Below are positions 29,690 to 39,324 of a stretch of DNA of 64,000 nt, one piece after another; the first letter of the stretch is position 1; every line of letters begins with the position of its first letter. The stretch is taken from positions 1,504,001-1,568,000 of the forward strand of contig CAVWCF010000001.1 in NCBI GenBank assembly GCA_963753435.1. Direction: 5' to 3'. The position numbers and the translations under genes were made by a program. The notes beneath the pieces were generated by a model. The model was not told the origin of the DNA. It did not search any database and saw nothing but the letters and a program-made list of their open reading frames with translations. Origin of the DNA: an uncultured Actinomycetota bacterium. Lineage in GTDB: Bacteria > Actinomycetota > Actinomycetes > CAVWCF01.

Positions 29690-30690
29690 TAGATGAGTCC
29701 GACTCTCTGCAGCATCGCCTGCGTCTCGGCCAGGGAGTCGAGGTCGTTGAGTGCGACGTCGGGGCCCTGTAGGTCGGACAGCGCCGGCAGGCCATCAGCC
29801 GGCGGCACCTCATCGATTAGTGGGTACTCGAACGTCGTGGTGGCGAAGTACTCCTGGGCTTCGGCCTGCAGTAGGTAGTCCACCAAGGCGGCAGCGTCGG
29901 GGTTCTCGGCGTCCACGATGCCGACGCCGGAGACATTCACCAAGGTGCCCGGGTCGCCGGGGTCGGTGAAGGCGATCTGCGCGTTCAGGGCGTCCTCGCC
30001 CCGCTCGGCGGCCGCTTCGTACCAGTAGTAGTGGTTGATGAGCCCCAGTTGGATCTCGCCGCGGTCGACCGCGTCGAGGATCGGCACGTTGCTTTCGTAG
30101 GACTTGGCACCGTTGGCCTGGATGTCGGTCAGCCATTGCTCGGCGACGTCCTCGCCTTCGGCGAGCCGCATGGCGGTCACGAAGGTTTGGAACGAAGCGT
30201 TGTTCGGTGCGATCCCGACCTGGCCCTGCCACTTCGGGTCGGTTAGGTCGAACACGCTGCCGGGGACGTCGCCCTCGGCGAGTTGGCTGGAGTCGTAGGC
30301 GATCACCCGGGCGCGGCCGGTGACGCCGACCCAGTCGTCGTTGCTGCCCCGGTACTCCGCATCCACCCGGTCGAGCACGTCGGCGGCGATCGGGGCGAGG
30401 AGCCCGGCGTCGCTGACGGCGCCGAGCGCACCAGCGTCCTGGGACAGGAACACCGCGGCCGGGCTGGAGTCGCCCTCTTCCTGCAGCAGGGCCGCCAGCT
30501 CGGCGGTGCCGCCGTAGCGGACGGTCACCTTGATCCCGGTGTCCTCGGTGAACTGCTCAAACAGCGGACCCACGAGGCCTTCGGCGCGCCCGGAGTAGAT
30601 CACCAAGCCGTCGTCGGAGGAGCACGCAGTAAGGGGGAACGCGAGGCTGACCACGGCGACGGCGGCAAGCAGCGGACGGGGAAGACGCAT
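29689..30690 (-). CDS. Fe3+ ABC transporter substrate-binding lipoprotein (FbpA/FutA-like)
   Basis: Lipobox LTAC, IYSGR, INHYY tandem Tyr iron ligands, NVSG. Confidence 0.92.
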   Translation of the reverse strand: MRLPRPLLAAVAVVSLAFPLTACSSDDGLVIYSGRAEGLVGPLFEQFTEDTGIKVTVRYGGTAELAALLQEEGDSSPAAVFLSQDAGALGAVSDAGLLAPIAADVLDRVDAEYRGSNDDWVGVTGRARVIAYDSSQLAEGDVPGSVFDLTDPKWQGQVGIAPNNASFQTFVTAMRLAEGEDVAEQWLTDIQANGAKSYESNVPILDAVDRGEIQLGLINHYYWYEAAAERGEDALNAQIAFTDPGDPGTLVNVSGVGIVDAENPDAAALVDYLLQAEAQEYFATTTFEYPLIDEVPPADGLPALSDLQGPDVALNDLDSLAETQAMLQRVGLI

Positions 30691-30701
30691 CAAGAACTCC
30701 A

Positions 30702-30727
30702 TTCAGGTTAGGTAAGGCTAACCTGAA
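30702..30727. promoter_or_regulatory. IdeR/DtxR iron box
   Basis: TTAGGTAAGGCTAACCTGA (30708-30726) is 17/19 to TTAGGTTAGGCTAACCTAA, within a perfect inverted repeat TTCAGGTTAG/CTAACCTGAA. Confidence 0.9.
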
Positions 30728-30765
30728 CCAAGGAGCGATTATCGAACCAGGGCCCATGGTCCCGT

Positions 30766-30784
30766 TTAGGTAAGCCTTTCCTCC
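30766..30784. promoter_or_regulatory. Second, weaker IdeR/DtxR box
   Basis: TTAGGTAAGCCTTTCCTCC. Confidence 0.65.
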
Positions 30785-30889
30785 CATCTGCGTGCTCGCA
30801 TGCAAACGGCCGCCGGTCGGTGGGGTACCAACCGGCGGCCGTTGCCTGCCGCGTTAGCGCGGAGCTGTGACTCATCTCGTCACCGAGGC

Positions 30890-31267
30890 TCAGCTGAGAG
30901 CCTTCGTCTTGAGCCGGTCGAACTCCTCCGGAGAGATCGCGCCGCTGTCGAGCAGCGACTTGGCCTGCGCGATCTGATCCGTCGGTGAAGCCGAGCCCGC
31001 TACGTCGCGGATGTAGGCGTTTTGCGCCTTCTGTATCTCCGCCATTTCCTTCATGCGGCGTTCGGACATGCCTTTGCCGCGCACGATCAGGTAGATGAGC
31101 GCGGTGATCCAAGTGAAGAAGATCAGCGCGATCGTCCAGATCGCCTTGCCCCAGCCGGATACGTCCGGGTCCCGGAACAGGTCCGTGATGATGCTGAAGA
31201 AGATCATCAAGAACATGATCAGGAAGAAGACGTATAACGCCCAAAGCAAAAAGTCGCCGAAGTCCAT
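30890..31267 (-). CDS. PLDc_N plus SHOCT small membrane protein
   Basis: DLFRDPDVSGWGKAIW; QIAQAKSLLDSGAISPEEFDRLK. Confidence 0.88.
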   Translation of the reverse strand: MDFGDFLLWALYVFFLIMFLMIFFSIITDLFRDPDVSGWGKAIWTIALIFFTWITALIYLIVRGKGMSERRMKEMAEIQKAQNAYIRDVAGSASPTDQIAQAKSLLDSGAISPEEFDRLKTKALS

Positions 31268-31327
31268 TTCGGTCCTTTCTCGATTGAGCGAAATCTATCG
31301 CGGTTGTTGAAACTTGCACGTCAGGCG

Positions 31328-31870
31328 CTAGGAACTGTGTGAGTGACCGGTGTGGCCGTCTCCCTCCCCGGATGCCATAACCATCGTCTGCGCGGCGACC
31401 GGTTCACCGTCGACGGCGTAGGTGGTGTGGTCGTTGGCCGAAAGCGACACCATCACCATGTGCTCACCGGCGGTCAGAGCCGTGGCCGGCAGGTAGAACC
31501 ACTCCCCGTAAACCCGCGTGTACTTCTTCCCGTCGATCATCAGGTGCGCGTGGCCCTCTCCGGGCTTGGCTTCGGCGGAGGCATGTTGCGGAGCCCAGGT
31601 GAAGTTGGCCGTTTCGATGCGGACATTCCAGCCGGCCTTGGCGTCTTCGGTCACCTCCAGACTTACCTCGGGGGCGTCTTCGGCGGGCACTTGGCGCAGT
31701 TGGTGGCCGGTCTGGTCGATGAGGTCCAATACCTCCCCGTTGCTGGCCGCCGGTGCTTCTTCAACGGGAGTGGTCACGGTGCTTGCGGGTTCTCCGGCGC
31801 AGCCGGAAACGATCAGGGCGAGGGCCGCGATGACCGCGGCGCCGATCGCGCGCGTGCTTGTTTTGGACAC
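31328..31870 (-). CDS. His-rich lipoprotein, putative metal (Cu/Ni)-binding
   Basis: Lipobox VSGC; GEGHAHLMIDG, ANDH, C-terminal HTGHSH; GAAAGG RBS. Confidence 0.7.
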   Translation of the reverse strand: MSKTSTRAIGAAVIAALALIVSGCAGEPASTVTTPVEEAPAASNGEVLDLIDQTGHQLRQVPAEDAPEVSLEVTEDAKAGWNVRIETANFTWAPQHASAEAKPGEGHAHLMIDGKKYTRVYGEWFYLPATALTAGEHMVMVSLSANDHTTYAVDGEPVAAQTMVMASGEGDGHTGHSHSS

Positions 31871-31961
31871 GGGTGTGCCTTTCGTGATTGGTGGTCTGCG
31901 GAGTCGGTGAAGTGCGCGCAGACAGGCGCGCCCGAACCGGGCGTCGCGGTGTGGTGTGGGT

Positions 31962-32534
31962 CTACGCGCTGCGCAGTGCCGGCGGACCGCGGCGCGTCAG
32001 CGGCGTGCGGTGCACCGAGCCAACGGGCACGACGACTGACGCCGAAACCGGCGCGGGTGCGGACTCGGTCGCGGGCAGGGTGACGATCGGTGCGGTTCGG
32101 CGCCACCACTGCGCCAGCACTGAGGTGAGCAGCGACAGAACCCGGTCGCCGAAGGCGAGCCACAGACCGACGCCGGCGGCCGCGGCCGCGTGGGCGAGCA
32201 CCATGGGTGCGTGCGCCACGGTCAGGTCCTCACCGATGCGGTGCAGGGCGAGCGCCACGGGGTCGGTGATACCCGGGTCGGCGTGACCGTGGCCGGCGGT
32301 GGCGGTGAGGAATCCGTGCACAAGCGCCTGGCCACCGACGGTGGCGAGCACCCATCCGGCAGCGCCGAGTCTGCGCGCCGTGAGTCGCCAGGCGGCGGCG
32401 ATGGTGACTGCGACGAGCACGGCCAGCCACAGCGGCGCCGGAACTGCGCCGCCGGCAAGTGCGTGGAACCCAATGCCTAGGACGAGTACCGCGCTGCCCA
32501 GCGACACCGCGCGGGTGCGGCGTGCGGTCGTCAC
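31962..32534 (-). CDS. His-containing membrane protein ending in RRGPP (candidate ribosome-arrest leader)
   Basis: FHALAGG, QALVH, HGH, MVLAH, C-terminal PLTRRGPP; TACGCT 6 nt before GTG. Confidence 0.7.
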   Translation of the reverse strand: MTTARRTRAVSLGSAVLVLGIGFHALAGGAVPAPLWLAVLVAVTIAAAWRLTARRLGAAGWVLATVGGQALVHGFLTATAGHGHADPGITDPVALALHRIGEDLTVAHAPMVLAHAAAAAGVGLWLAFGDRVLSLLTSVLAQWWRRTAPIVTLPATESAPAPVSASVVVPVGSVHRTPLTRRGPPALRSA

Positions 32535-32613
32535 GACGGCAGCGTACGTCCGGCCGGGATCAGGCTGAGCACGGCGGTGGACACCCCTGTCCCGCCGGTC
32601 TCCGGTGACGAAA

Positions 32614-33261
32614 TCAGGTGGTGGCTTGCATGGCCACGATGCTCCAGCGCCGACCCGGTTGCGTCTCGGCCAGGCGCAGGCTGCCAACAGAAGCTGACTC
32701 GATCATTGCTGTCGGGTCGTGGACGAACGTCCGGAAGGAGTTACCGCGCATTCGGAACCACAGGTTCTCGAAGGTGGTGACACTGCGGGTCCGCCAGTTG
32801 CGGGGCGGGTGACTGAACACGAGCAGCCGACGGGCTCGACCGGCAGCGGCACTCAAGAGCCGGTCGTAGTCGGGGTAGCAGCAGACGACGCGGTGCAGGA
32901 TCACGATGTCGTGGGGTGGGACGGCTTCGGGTTCCTCGGCCAGGTTGATGCGTTGGCGGGACATCCGGTCCGCCACCCCGGCAGTTGTTGCCAGTGCCCG
33001 CGCTTCGGCGTCGTAGGAGTCAACGAGCTCCAAGTTTGTGGAAGCGGCCGCGCCCTGCTGCAGCAGCTCGATCTGCAACTGCCCGACGCCGCCGCCGACC
33101 TCGAGCACCGTCATGCCTTCGACGCCCCGCTCGGAGACGGCGTTGAGCAGCCGCGCCGCCGGCTTGGTCAGACCCTTGCGGCGGTATCTCTTGGCGGTCT
33201 GCCGGGAAAACCGATCGCCGAACATCCGTTGGTAGTCATCGGGGTCGCAGCAGGAGTTCAC
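32614..33261 (-). CDS. Class I SAM-dependent methyltransferase
   Basis: VLEVGGGVG motif I, LHRVVCCYPD; start uncertain (could extend to 33330). Confidence 0.85.
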   Translation of the reverse strand: MNSCCDPDDYQRMFGDRFSRQTAKRYRRKGLTKPAARLLNAVSERGVEGMTVLEVGGGVGQLQIELLQQGAAASTNLELVDSYDAEARALATTAGVADRMSRQRINLAEEPEAVPPHDIVILHRVVCCYPDYDRLLSAAAGRARRLLVFSHPPRNWRTRSVTTFENLWFRMRGNSFRTFVHDPTAMIESASVGSLRLAETQPGRRWSIVAMQATT

Positions 33262-33351
33262 CGCTTTAGTGTCCACCGCCGCAGCGGCGGGTGGGCGCCT
33301 TCGATCCGAAGCACTGCCGATGGCGGCCATAGACTCCAGCCCGCAACGGGC

Positions 33352-33424
33352 GGGCCTCTAGCTCAATTGGCAGAGCAGCGGACTTTTAATCCGCGGGTTC
33401 GGGGTTCGATCCCCCGGGGGCCCA
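33352..33424 (+). tRNA. tRNA-Lys(TTT)
   Basis: GGGCCTCTAGCTCAATTGGCAGAGC...CTTTTAA...GGTTCGATCCC; TAGACT -10 upstream. Confidence 0.97.
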
Positions 33425-33596
33425 CTGAATCAGTGTCCAGTTTCGGCTGGTCGGCTACTGCTACTTCGGTTGGTTGGTGACGCTCCGCACTTAGGGGAGT
33501 GCGACTGCTGCAGCCCACCAAGCTGAGCTGGGATCGGGTGTACTGCGGTGTTCCCGGTCGGGACCATCGGCCCCCAACATTCCCGAGAGTTCTCGG

Positions 33597-33617
33597 TACA
33601 TTTCGATTGTGATCGAA
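33597..33617 (+). promoter_or_regulatory. -10 element plus ArsR-type operator
   Basis: TACATT followed by inverted repeat TTCGAT-N4-ATCGAA overlapping the arsR start. Confidence 0.6.
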
Positions 33618-33914
33618 TCGATCGGCATCGAACCAACGCTAGCGTCGCAGGCCGAGGCTGGCGTCTTGCTGACCGCGGTGGCGGACCCGGTCCGCTGGCG
33701 ACTGCTGGACGAACTCGCCCGGCGAGGCACACGGTGCGTGTGCGACCTGCAGCCCATGGGCGGCGTCGCTCCCAACGTGCTCTCGTACCACTTGAAGGTG
33801 CTGCGTGATGCCGGCCTGGTCACGGCCACGCGACGTGGGCGGTGGATGGACTACGAGTTGATTGATGGCGCCCTCGATCGGCTGCATGCCGCCCTGCCGG
33901 GGACTCCGCCGTGA
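33609..33914 (+). CDS. arsR: ArsR/SmtB repressor
   Basis: ADPVRWRLL, CVCDL metal site, SYHLKVLRDAGLV. Confidence 0.9.
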   Translation: MIESIGIEPTLASQAEAGVLLTAVADPVRWRLLDELARRGTRCVCDLQPMGGVAPNVLSYHLKVLRDAGLVTATRRGRWMDYELIDGALDRLHAALPGTPP

Positions 33915-34966
33915 GCGTGGCCGCCCGTCCGCGGGCGCCGGGGCCAGCCGATACCGGTCGGCTGTGGCTGGCCATGGTCGGGAGCGGATCGCTGTGGGCA
34001 TTGCTGTACGTCCTGAATGAGCGCTTGTGGCCGGTGCTGCTGGGCGACGTGTTCGGCGTGGACATGGACAGCCGGGTTGGTGAGAGCCTGGCGTTCTTCT
34101 TCTACGACACCGTCAAGATCATGCTGCTCCTGGTCGGGCTGATCTTCGTGGTCGGCATGCTGCGCACGACGTTGTCCCCGGAGCGGGTGCGCGACGTGCT
34201 GGCGGGGCGAGGCCTGCTGGTGGGGCTGGTGCTGGCGGCACTCCTCGGTGCGGTTACGCCATTCTGCTCGTGCTCGTCGATTCCACTGTTCATCGGCTTT
34301 GTCGCGGCAGGGGTGCCGCTGAGCATCACATTGAGTTTCTTGATCGCCTCGCCGTTGATCAACGAGGTCGCCGTCGTCATGCTGGGTGGAACCTTCGGCT
34401 GGGGCGTCACGGCCATCTACGTCGGCGCCGGGCTGGCGCTAGCAATCTCGGCGGGATGGACGTTCTCGCGCTTTGACCTGGATCGCTGGGTGGAGCCCTT
34501 CGTGTTCTCCACACCCGTCGCGGCGCTGAGCGCAGAGGGCGGCTCGCCTTCGTTGGCTGCCCGGGTGGAGGCGGCCCGGGCCGAGACTCGCGACATCGTC
34601 GGCAAAGTCTGGCCCTACGTGCTCGTGGGGGTCGGCATCGGAGCGGCAATCCACGGATGGGTGCCAGCGGACTTCTTCGCCCGCTACGGGGGCTCGGATA
34701 ATCCGCTCACAGTGGTGCTCGCCACTTTGGCCGGTATCCCCTTGTACGCCAACGCCGCGGGAGTCATTCCGCTGGCAGAGGCGCTGTGGGCAAAGGGGGT
34801 CCCCCTGGGCACGGTTACGTCCTTCATGATGGCGGTGGTCGCCCTGTCGGTGCCTTCACTGGTCATGCTCGGACGCGTGCTGCGCATGCCGCTCCTTGTG
34901 CTGTTCACCACCATCGTCACCGTCGGCATCGTCGCCATCGGTCTTCTGCTCAACCTCGTCACCTGA
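33911..34966 (+). CDS. arsP: ArsP-family permease
   Basis: TPFCSCSSIP, FLIASPLINE, HGWVP. Confidence 0.88.
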   Translation: MSVAARPRAPGPADTGRLWLAMVGSGSLWALLYVLNERLWPVLLGDVFGVDMDSRVGESLAFFFYDTVKIMLLLVGLIFVVGMLRTTLSPERVRDVLAGRGLLVGLVLAALLGAVTPFCSCSSIPLFIGFVAAGVPLSITLSFLIASPLINEVAVVMLGGTFGWGVTAIYVGAGLALAISAGWTFSRFDLDRWVEPFVFSTPVAALSAEGGSPSLAARVEAARAETRDIVGKVWPYVLVGVGIGAAIHGWVPADFFARYGGSDNPLTVVLATLAGIPLYANAAGVIPLAEALWAKGVPLGTVTSFMMAVVALSVPSLVMLGRVLRMPLLVLFTTIVTVGIVAIGLLLNLVT

Positions 34967-34980
34967 CTACGGAGGACACT

Positions 34981-35232
34981 GTGAACGTAAAGATCCTCGG
35001 GCCCGGCTGCAAGAACTGTCGGCATCTTGAGACCCGCACCCGCGAAGCACTTGAGGGCCTGGGCCTGCAAGCGGAGGTCGAGAAAGTCACCGACTACGGC
35101 GAGATCGCCTCCTACGGAATCATGAGTACGCCGGGGCTGGTCGTCGATGACCAGGTCCTTGTCTCCGGGCGGGTGCCCGACACCCGGGAACTTGGTGAAC
35201 TCATAAGTGCTGCGACCGCGGATCGACGCTAG
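34981..35232 (+). CDS. Small thioredoxin-like protein (Thioredoxin_3)
   Basis: KILGPGCKNC, IMSTPGLVVD; GGAGG RBS. Confidence 0.9.
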   Translation: MNVKILGPGCKNCRHLETRTREALEGLGLQAEVEKVTDYGEIASYGIMSTPGLVVDDQVLVSGRVPDTRELGELISAATADRR

Positions 35233-35274
35233 CCGCACGCGCCGCCGCTGGCGACCCGAAGCCGCGCTGGTCTC

Positions 35275-35595
35275 TTGGCGCGTCTTGCCACGCTTCGCGG
35301 GAGGCCCCTCGGCGCTCCCGTCATCAGGTCGCCAAGTGTGCTGGCGTCCCGCTTGGGGATCTCGTCGAACCTGCTGGCGCACCACCTGAACGTGCTGGAG
35401 TCGGCCGGGCTTGTGAACCGGGTGCGGTCCGAGGGCGACCGACGCCGGTCCTACCTTCGGCTGGAGTCCGCCGTCTTGGCGAGCCTGGCGCCGGTTGATC
35501 GCATGCCCGCGAGTGAACTCCGCGACCTGGCCGAGGTCGCAACCATCGCTGCCCGACTACATGCCGGCAGTCGCGAACGTGGCCGAAATAGGTGA
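35275..35595 (+). pseudogene. Remnant of ArsR-type HTH (ArsR-ArsC fusion-like), truncated
   Basis: SPSVLASRLGISSNLLAHHLNVLESAGLVNRVRSEGDRRRSYLRL without the expected N-terminal helix or C-terminal domain. Confidence 0.55.
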
Positions 35596-35677
35596 GGCCG
35601 CTTGTGACCCCTTCGATTGCACCACGTCGCTACTCACCGTCGGCCGCTAGCGTTGCTGCCACTACTGGGGGTTGCAG

Positions 35678-36007
35678 ATGGTGATCGTGGTTTCGCACGC
35701 GTGGACCAAGGACGACGGCGAGCACGCCGACGCCTACGTTGCGTTGAGCGAGGAGTTCGCCCGCTTCTTCGCCGACCACCCGGGTTTCCGGGGCCGGCAG
35801 TTGCTGCGCGGAGTCGAGGACCGGACGCACTTCACCAACCTGCGCTGGTTCGAGTCGTTGGACGACTACACCGAGTGCACGCAACGTGACGGCTACGTGG
35901 AGCACACGCAGAAGATGTATGAGCACCTGCGGCCCTATGACTCCTACCCCCGGGAGTTCATGGAGGTCGTCCTGGGCGCCGACAGCCTGGTCGTCCCCGG
36001 CCCGTGA
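35678..36007 (+). CDS. Antibiotic biosynthesis monooxygenase (ABM)-like protein
   Basis: HPGFRGRQLLRG...NLRWFES ferredoxin-like pattern. Confidence 0.7.
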   Translation: MVIVVSHAWTKDDGEHADAYVALSEEFARFFADHPGFRGRQLLRGVEDRTHFTNLRWFESLDDYTECTQRDGYVEHTQKMYEHLRPYDSYPREFMEVVLGADSLVVPGP

Positions 36008-36032
36008 GCCCACGCGAAGCGAGCGATGCCCG

Positions 36033-36689
36033 GTGACGCGGTTCGTCCTCGTTCACGGCGCCTTCCGGGTCGGCGAGCATTGGCGTTTCGTCGCTGACGC
36101 GCTGGTGGCCGCCGGACATGAGGTCGCCGCACCCACGCTGACCGGGGATTCGTTGGTGGGCTGGGCCCGCCAGGTCGCGGCGGCGATCGGCGCTGAACCG
36201 GCCGTGCTGGTCGGCCACAGCCAGGGCGGGGTGGTGGCGCAGCTGGCCGCCACCTTGCGCCCGGAGGCAGTTTCCAGGCTCGTGCTCCTGGATTCCCCGC
36301 TGCTGAAGGCGGGGCAGCGCATGGTCGATGCGATCCCCGAAGAGGTTCAGCAGGCCTGGGGCGGCCCGCCACCGCCTGACTCCGTGTTGCAGCCGCGCCC
36401 CATCGAACCCGAGGGGGAGTTGGATGCTGCGCGTGCCGCGTGGGCGAACTCCCTGCTGCGGCCGGAACCGGTGGCCCCTGCATATGAGGAGGTCTCCGCG
36501 CCTCCGGACGTCCCGACTTCGATCTGGTTCTGTTCGGGGACTCCAGCAGGCGTCCCGGCGTACTACGCCCGGCTGCTGTCGCAAGAACAGGGTCGAGACC
36601 ACTTGCTCATCGACTCCGGCCACGACGCCCCACTGGTCGCGCCCAGTGCGGTGGCGAAGGAGTTGTTGAAGTTGCCCGCGGTCCGTTAG
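36033..36689 (+). CDS. Alpha/beta hydrolase
   Basis: FVLVHGAF, GHSQGG nucleophile elbow, DSGHD. Confidence 0.9.
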   Translation: MTRFVLVHGAFRVGEHWRFVADALVAAGHEVAAPTLTGDSLVGWARQVAAAIGAEPAVLVGHSQGGVVAQLAATLRPEAVSRLVLLDSPLLKAGQRMVDAIPEEVQQAWGGPPPPDSVLQPRPIEPEGELDAARAAWANSLLRPEPVAPAYEEVSAPPDVPTSIWFCSGTPAGVPAYYARLLSQEQGRDHLLIDSGHDAPLVAPSAVAKELLKLPAVR

Positions 36690-36766
36690 GAGGAACGGGG
36701 TTGGCGCGAGTGTCGGTTCCGGGGAGCGCGGTGCGTGAGCGGCGCGTCCATGTAGGCGTGAAGACC

Positions 36767-37561
36767 ATGCGCTACGGCCTGGTGGTGATGTTGGCTGTGG
36801 GGCTACTGAGCGCGTGCGCGGCCGGCTCATCCGGCGGCGGAGACGGCGGCCTGGAGGATCTCGACGGGCGCAGCTTCGTTTCCACGGCGGTGACCGATGC
36901 CGGGGCGGCGCGGCCGCTGGTTGCCGGGACCCAGATCAGACTCGATTTCGCCGACGGCGTGCTGGGCGCGGGTGCGGGCTGCAACTCCATGAGCGGGCCG
37001 TACCGACTCGACGGCGACACCCTGACCATGCCGGAGGGGTTGGCCACCACCGAGATCGGCTGCGAGCCGGCGTTGATGGATCAGGACGCTTGGCTGGCGC
37101 AGCTGCTCCTCGACCAACCCACCCTGCGGGTCGCTGGCGACGTCTTGACCGTGACCGGAGGTACGACCGTGGTGACGCTTCAGGATCGAGAGACTGCCGA
37201 ACCGCAGCCGCCGGTTGTCGGCACAGCCTGGGTGCTGGACGGAATCATCGACGGCGAAACGGTTTCGTCCGTGCCAGCGGGAGTGACGGCAAGCCTGCAG
37301 ATTGAGGAGCAGCCGGACGGCTCGCTGCGCGCTTTGGTCGCCGATGGCTGCAATCGGGGCAACGGCACGGTCACCGTGGATGAGCAGACCATGACTTTCG
37401 GGGTGCGGGCCACCACGCTGATGGCTTGCGCCGAAGCCCAGGAGGAAGTGGCAATCGTCGTCAACTCCGTGCTGACCGGCACGGTCGGCTACGAAGCAGC
37501 TGACGCGACCCTGACAATCACATCCCCTGAGCGCGGTCTCGTCTTCCGCGCCGACGGCTGA
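36767..37561 (+). CDS. Lipoprotein with two META domains
   Basis: Lipobox LSAC; AGCN...TEIGC and DGCN...TLMAC repeats. Confidence 0.88.
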   Translation: MRYGLVVMLAVGLLSACAAGSSGGGDGGLEDLDGRSFVSTAVTDAGAARPLVAGTQIRLDFADGVLGAGAGCNSMSGPYRLDGDTLTMPEGLATTEIGCEPALMDQDAWLAQLLLDQPTLRVAGDVLTVTGGTTVVTLQDRETAEPQPPVVGTAWVLDGIIDGETVSSVPAGVTASLQIEEQPDGSLRALVADGCNRGNGTVTVDEQTMTFGVRATTLMACAEAQEEVAIVVNSVLTGTVGYEAADATLTITSPERGLVFRADG

Positions 37562-37602
37562 CGACACCGCTTGGCCCAACGTGACCCCGCGGGCCTGATG
37601 GG

Positions 37603-38373
37603 ATGAGCCCCGTGTCCGCTCTGATCCCACCGCAGCACGGGGCGTGGGCTTTCCTGGCCTTGCCGCTGGCGCTGGGCGCGGCAGCAGCTCCCGCGGACCC
37701 GGTTCAGGTCCTGCTCGCGGTCACCTGGGTCGTGGCCTACCCCTGGTCCTACGCCGCGCTGGGGGTGTCCCGACCGCGGGTGCGCAGCCAGTTCCTGCGG
37801 CCCCTCGCGATCTGGTCGGTGCTGCTGATCCCGGCTGCGCTGGCTTTGTGGGTCGCGCGCCCGTGGCTGATCTGGGTCGGCCTGGTCTACGCAGCGCTGT
37901 TCGTGGTCAACATCGCCTATGCCCGGCGACGCGACGAGCGGTCGCTGGCCAACGGTGCGGTGTTCATCGTCGAGTGCGCCGGGATCGTCCCGCTGATGTG
38001 GGCGGTCGCCGTCGGCGGCCGCGACTGGGCGATGCCGCCTCTTGGCCAGGCCCCCGCGCAGGTGTGGATCCTGACCCTTGTCTGTCTGCTCGTGCTCACC
38101 GGATCGACGTTGCACGTGAAGTCGCTGATCCGGGAGCGGTCCGACCCCCGCTACGCCCGGTTCTCGCGCGCGTTCGCCCTCGCGTCGCTGCCGGCCGCCG
38201 TCGCGTTGGCGGCCTGGTGGGGCCGGCCAGCCGGCTGGTGGCTGCTGGTGCCGTTCGCCGCGTTGGCGGTGCGTGCCTACGCCGTGCGTCAGCCCATCCG
38301 CGCCGGGCTGATCGGCGCGGTTGAACTGCTCGTCTTCGTGCTCGCGGCCGCGGCCGCATTCCTGGCTGTCTAG
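37603..38373 (+). CDS. YwiC-like membrane protein
   Basis: [26 protein letters not shown]. Confidence 0.88.
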   Translation: MSPVSALIPPQHGAWAFLALPLALGAAAAPADPVQVLLAVTWVVAYPWSYAALGVSRPRVRSQFLRPLAIWSVLLIPAALALWVARPWLIWVGLVYAALFVVNIAYARRRDERSLANGAVFIVECAGIVPLMWAVAVGGRDWAMPPLGQAPAQVWILTLVCLLVLTGSTLHVKSLIRERSDPRYARFSRAFALASLPAAVALAAWWGRPAGWWLLVPFAALAVRAYAVRQPIRAGLIGAVELLVFVLAAAAAFLAV

Positions 38374-39257
38374 GCCACCGAAGCGGCGTAGATGCTGGCG
38401 ATGGAGGCGTCCAGCGTCGCGTCGAACTCGGCCTCGGTCTGGTTGGCCGACAGTCCCTCAACGAGGGCCCGGGAGAAGCTGGCGATGAGTCCGGGGTTGC
38501 GGGCGAGGCGCTCGTTGGCCTCATCCCGGCTGTAGCCGCCGGATAGTGCCACGACCCGAAGGACCGCAGGGTTGGCGATGACGTCGGAGTAGAAGCCGTC
38601 CTCGCTGGGGATGGTCAGCTTCAGCATCACCTGCTCACCCGCGGGCAGCGCGGCCAACTGCTCGTTGAGTTGCTCGTGCAGCAGCACCTCGGCCTGGGCC
38701 TTGTCGGCGGCGTTGATGTCCACCTCCGGCTCGATGATGGGCATGAGGCCAGCGGCCAGGATCTCCTTGCCGACGTCGAACTGCTGCTTGACGATCGCGG
38801 CAACCCCGGCCGGGTTGGCCTCCTTGATGACCGAGCGCATCTTGGTGCCGAAGACTGCGTTTTCGTTGGCGCGCGCCAACAGGGCACCCAACTCGGGCAT
38901 CGGCTTCATCAACTGCACGCCGTCGGCGACGTCGGCCAGCCCCTTGTCGACCTTCAGGAACGGCACGACCTGCTTCTTGTTCCACAGGAAGGAAGCTGAC
39001 GGCTCACCGTCGATCTGCCGGTCCATGGTGCCCTCGAACAGGATGGCGCCGAGGATCCGGTCGCCGCCGAAACTGGGGCTGCTGACGATGCGGGTCCGCA
39101 TCGCGTGGACGAGATCGAACATCTCCTCGTCGTTGCTGAATGCCGAGGATTCAATCCCGTAGTGCGCCAGCGCCTTGGGGGTGCTGCCCCCGCTCTGGTC
39201 CAGCGCGGCGATGAAGCCCTTGCCGGTTGCGACCTTGTCCCGCATCTCAGAGTTCAT
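38370..39257 (-). CDS. Class I fructose-bisphosphate aldolase
   Basis: [46 protein letters not shown]. Confidence 0.95.
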   Translation of the reverse strand: MNSEMRDKVATGKGFIAALDQSGGSTPKALAHYGIESSAFSNDEEMFDLVHAMRTRIVSSPSFGGDRILGAILFEGTMDRQIDGEPSASFLWNKKQVVPFLKVDKGLADVADGVQLMKPMPELGALLARANENAVFGTKMRSVIKEANPAGVAAIVKQQFDVGKEILAAGLMPIIEPEVDINAADKAQAEVLLHEQLNEQLAALPAGEQVMLKLTIPSEDGFYSDVIANPAVLRVVALSGGYSRDEANERLARNPGLIASFSRALVEGLSANQTEAEFDATLDASIASIYAASVA

Positions 39258-39324
39258 GGTTCAGCCCTTTCGTCGATCCGCATGATGGCACGGTGGCCTC
39301 GGGGGCGAACAAGGGAGGAAGGTC

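Noticed and set aside
27081-29813. 910-aa ORF
   Set aside because: The N-terminal part is an off-frame shadow of the permease; the real ATPase starts at 28115.
32614-33330. Methyltransferase as a Mg-protoporphyrin methyltransferase linked to the chlorophyll-related cluster
   Set aside because: Only generic SAM motifs are visible; it lies about 28 kb away and there are no other bch/chl genes.
33352-36000. Intact integrative element at tRNA-Lys
   Set aside because: No integrase, and I found no duplicated tRNA 3' end (att site) by eye.
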